In this document: positions 59,725 through 64,000 of the stretch, in pieces
How positions within the stretch are numbered: position 1 is the stretch's first letter
Layout: every line of letters starts with the position of its first letter
Translations under genes and position numbers: made by a program
NCBI RefSeq assembly: GCF_964213995.1
Contig: NC_135825.1
Span: forward strand, 11,966,001 to 12,030,000
Reading direction: 5' to 3'
DNA from: Mustelus asterias
Taxonomy: Eukaryota
DNA length: 64,000 nucleotides
The notes under the pieces: model-generated
Told to the model about the DNA's origin: nothing
Databases searched by the model: none
What the model saw: only the letters and a program-made list of their open reading frames with translations

Positions 59725-61316
59725 GTATATTATTCTCAATGATTTTCTTTATTACTGAAATGTCTGATCCATGTTTTACCCACAAGGAAACATTGACAGC
59801 TCCGATATCCCGAGGCTCTGCAGCAATGCAGAGTCTGGCAGCCAGAGGGCAGAGATCTGGAAATCCGACTCTTGTGACACAAACTCAATTCGTGGCCTGT
59901 CCAACATTCTGACCAAGAACTTCAAACATAATCAGACAAACAATTCCTTTAACTGCAGGATATTGTGAAAGACATTACCCACGATGCTCCGAACATTTTC
60001 CTGTCTCTGAACTGTATTAAATATCACACTGTCAGATTGTTACAGTCCGGATCAATCCAATAGTCAGACATTAACAAAGTGAAGTGAGCAGCCAGTTGAT
60101 ACTTATTGGTTGATACTTGTTGGTTTAGCGCTGAATGGTGGGGCTGTGGGGGTGGATGGGGGAGCACAGAGGGGGTTAAATACACAGAAATTGACAATAT
60201 GTTGGGAAGCCAGTCAAACTCCCAACATCCGGATGTATCCGCAATGTGTCAGTTTGTGCTTCTTTCAAATAAACCACTGAAAATTCAGGGTGAAGCTGAC
60301 AGATTAAAAGTTAACAAATTGGCAAATTTCACAATTAAATAATCCAAAATGGTGAAAGCCCCTTAAAGGGATCAAAGAGCAAAGAACAAAGAACAGTACA
60401 GCACAGGAACAGGCCCTTCGGCCCTCCATGCTGCACCGATCACATTTATCTATCTAGACCAACCGTTTTTATCCCTGTATTCCCTGTTTGTTCATATGTC
60501 TGTCAAGATAAGTCTTAAATGTGGCTAATGTAACTGCCTCAACCACCTCACCTGTGAGTGCGTTCCAGGCCACCACCACCCTCCGTGTAAAAAAGCTCCC
60601 CTGCACTTCTCCACTGAACCTTTCCCCCATTATCTTGAACTTGTGCCCCCTTGTAATTGTCATTTCTGCCCTGGGAAAAAGCTTCCAGCTGTTCAAACCA
60701 TCGATATCTCTCATAATTTTATAAACTTCTATCAGGTCGCCCCTCAGCCTCCGTCTTTCCATGGAGAACAATCTCAGCTCATTCAAACTCTCCGCATAGT
60801 TAATACCCTCCATACCAGGCAACATCCTGGTAAACCTTTTCTGCAATCTCTCCAAAGCCTCCATGTCCTTCTGGTTGTGTGGTGACCAGAATTGGACAAG
60901 TATTCCAAATGTTCCAAATGATCATAAAAATCTCCAAGGAAACTTTAAATGTGTCAATCAGTGTGTGATCAAATCCCCCCAGTGAGAGACGGGTTATCAA
61001 TCTCAGTCTATTAATCGCTCAGTGAGTGCAATTAGTGGAATCTAACTGCGGCTGCTCGGGTTACTGAGCAAGGGCAGAAGACAGAGGCAATGGGGGAGGC
61101 TGAAGAAGTGACTGGGAAAGATGCCAAGAAGCACTGGAACCTCACTGCTTATTTCTAGCCTGATTGTGTGAAAGGTTTAATATCAGTATTTACAGGGTGT
61201 TGACTTTCACAAGAGTGGTGGTAATGTGTATTTCTGGGTTATATTTTGGTGATTGTACCTATCAGATCAGCATGGGTGGTTCTCAGGCTGTTTTATTTTG
61301 GGCTTCAGATGAGGAC

Positions 61317-64000
61317 TGTTGTGGGAAATGTACCACTGAGTCAGGCTTGAAGGTTTCAAGAATACAGTTTTATTTTCACGAAGCTTCGTGGAGAAAGGGC
61401 ACTAACAAGCAGCAAACCTTCTCTCAATGAGACAATAGGAGCAGTCCATCTTTATACCCTTTACACAATAGATGGACCGGACATCTAGCCATTATCACAT
61501 CATTGTAATCAAGTAGGTGATCGATCGTTAACACATCGTTATAGACAAATACAGACAGACACAGACATAAGCATGTTAACATCGCATTGTTCTATGAATG
61601 GATACATTTCCTACGTCAGTGACCATCAATGGTTTTAGTTTCGGTCTGTTCATACAGCAATTTACAGTAATTGGTTTTCCTGCAGTTATGTATTCCCGAT
61701 CCCACCCATAGCTAATCTCGTTATCCAACCCTATTGTGCTTATCCTAAAGAGTGCCTCAAGCCCTGGCTGGCTTCCTGCAGGATTTGATTCCTGCACGTT
61801 TAACTTTGAATCGCTGTCTGTCCTTTATGTTTTAATCTCAGGTGGCTGTCTGTACTGAAAGTCAGTGCCTGTTTAATGTCTCTTTCCCAGGTGACTGTTT
61901 GTGTGCCAGGCAGCCATCTTATGTGTACCCATCTGTATATTTTTCCCACTTCAGTCCCCACTTTTGGTCAGATTATGAGTTTCACTAATCCTTAGACCAG
62001 CAATTTTTATATGTATAATTCTTTGTTCTTCTTCTTTCCTTCTTCGTTTCTTCTGATGTCTTCGGGGATCTTCATCGGGGTTTCTTCTTCGATGTATACA
62101 CTGGCTCCTGGCACAATTCTAGTCACCATCACCTTGCAACAGACTTTTAGGCATCCAACAATTAGACAACAGGCAATTACAATTGAAATGAGCATGACCA
62201 ATCCATGTAATAAGTAAGATTCCCAGGACCCCCCCACTACCCATTCCAGCCAGTTACTTCCTTTCTTGGGTCCCTGTCTGAAGCTATCAAGTTGTTCTCT
62301 GATGCTATTGATGACCTGTGTAATGTTATAGGACTCGTCTGTGACATGAGTTCTGCATTTATTGCCTATAATTGTACACACTCCCCCTTGTTGTGCTAAC
62401 TGATAGTCCACTGCATAGCGTGTCTGTTGTGCATATAATCTCAGTTCAGCCATTTCGTGGTTAACAGCCTCCAGTGCTTTTGAAGTGTTGTTCTCCAGGA
62501 CTGTTAGTCCACAAACAATATGATTCCTACTCTTTGCACAAATCACTTCTGCTGCCCCTCCCCCCACCCCCCCCCACCCCCACGCCCCCCCCACGCCGAG
62601 AAATAAGGCTCCAAGGAACCCATATCCCAGTGAGGATCCCATTGTGCCCAGAACTTCCCAGTCAGCGCAGCATTCTTTGCTGATAGCCCGAGTTACTATT
62701 CTCCTCCGAATATGCCCCTTCTGGGGGCATGGAACAGTCAGTGGTCCGATTGTTCCTGCTGCAAAACGGTTTGGGAGGTTTGGTGTTTCTGTCATGTAAG
62801 TACCATTGAAGAGCAACACATATCCCTTCTTAGCCCCGGTAACATTTAGTGTCTTGATTATGAGTTTGCTCATATTGCCGGTTGTTCGGTTTACTTGACT
62901 CCCCATTTGATCCCACCACCTAGTAAGTATCAAATGGGTATGTCCATTTGTCTGAGCTTACGTGAGTTCCATTGCATTGTCCACAAATAAGCTGTCTTCC
63001 CGCGGTTATATTCAGACATTTCTGTTCATCACAAGTGCAAGTAGTCCCTTATTAACCCGACAATGTTGATGGACACACTGGGTCTGTACGCAGGAATCAT
63101 TCTTAGGGACCAAGGCATCGGCACATCCCCATCCCAGCCCCGTAAAACAAAGCGGATAGCTTGCAGTACCTGAACAAGCTTTTCCTCCCACCTGTTGGAT
63201 CTGTGCGGTTTACAAGTCCCACACATCTCCCCTGTATACCTCTTTTATATTTGCCAATTTGTCCCTTAGTGGGTGTATCTGATGTATCTACAGTATATAA
63301 GTCATGAGGGGTCCACCCAGGGGTGGCTACAATTAGGGCTTCGACCGATTGTGCTAGCGGGTAACATACACTTTGATTCCCGTGTAAATGTATGTGAGCT
63401 TTGTAAAACAAGTTATCCACCAATCCAGTCAAATTTACAGTCGCGACAACGCAAAGTACTACAGTTACATACACGATTACATACATATTCACAACGATCA
63501 AACATCAAACCTCACACTATAATTCATATAATCTTTACAAGTTATATTATCTATCACCCCGCGCCCGCCAGTCGTTCTTGCTTGCAATCTTTGCCTGTGT
63601 TGAGGAAAGCATTTTCGTTAGTCCATCAATTTAATTACTTATTTGTTCCCTTGTGTAATTTTAGTTGTGTCCAGTGTTTCCAGACCCCTTTCCCTCTTAT
63701 GTCTATACTGGCACAGGTGTCTCCACTAATTATAACTTCATATGGCCCATTCCATTTTGGTGCAAACCCTGGTTTGTCAGGTAATGTTTTTACTAGGACT
63801 CGACTTCCCGCTGTTGGGACGTCAGGGAGCATTTCAAGCTCTCTCTCTGCGTCTTTTATTTCCTGATTGCCCTTTACCAATTTGCGCATCCCTTTTAGTT
63901 GGGTGCTCAGTTCCAAAACATATCTCCTGATTTTATCTTTAATGGACCTACATTGGTCCCACCTGTTCCGATGCTTTCAGGTAATTGTATCGCCCGTCCT
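61317..64000 (-). mobile_element. Duplicated ERV 3' part (LTR 61317-61953, env, end of integrase)
   Basis: Same host junction (acaaca|gtcctcatc) as at 40006, so copied with the arm. Confidence 0.95.

Larger units (their letters stand above)
51173..64000. repeat. Right arm of the inverted duplication (runs off the window)
   Basis: Starts tgtttccaattgtc, the reverse complement of 49025-49038; base 64000 mirrors 37328. Confidence 0.97.

Noticed and set aside
37328-64000. Palindrome as an assembly or chimeric-read artefact
   Set aside because: The arms differ by many substitutions and by private insertions with TSDs, and there is a unique spacer.

Overview
Eukaryotic, repeat-rich vertebrate DNA, most likely shark/elasmobranch (inferred from HE1-type SINEs, CR1/HER1-type LINEs and Penelope-like 3' ends). 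The main host feature is a minus-strand, about 39-kb spliced gene (46305 to about 7201) for a CD300/pIgR-like Ig-superfamily type-I receptor. It has a leader exon, six alternating V-set and C2-like exon pairs (12 Ig domains, all phase 1-1 and open), then stalk, TM and a tentative short tail, about 1360 aa in total. Five of the six units form a tandem array with a period of about 2.6 kb. The 5' end of the gene lies in one arm of a large inverted duplication (37328-49038 mirrored by 51173-64000 and beyond), giving a head-to-head paralog whose V exon has diverged far more than its introns. Mobile elements: a young Gypsy LTR element whose PBS position is complementary to its own LTR, a decayed env-containing endogenous retrovirus (tRNA-Ser-like PBS, in-frame UGA-CGG gag/pro junction) partly copied in the other arm, fold-back Penelope-like insertions carrying hammerhead-ribozyme motifs, nested CR1 LINEs, SINEs and an arm-specific 21-bp minisatellite. 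Exons and junctions were read by eye; family assignments come from motif recognition, not database searches.
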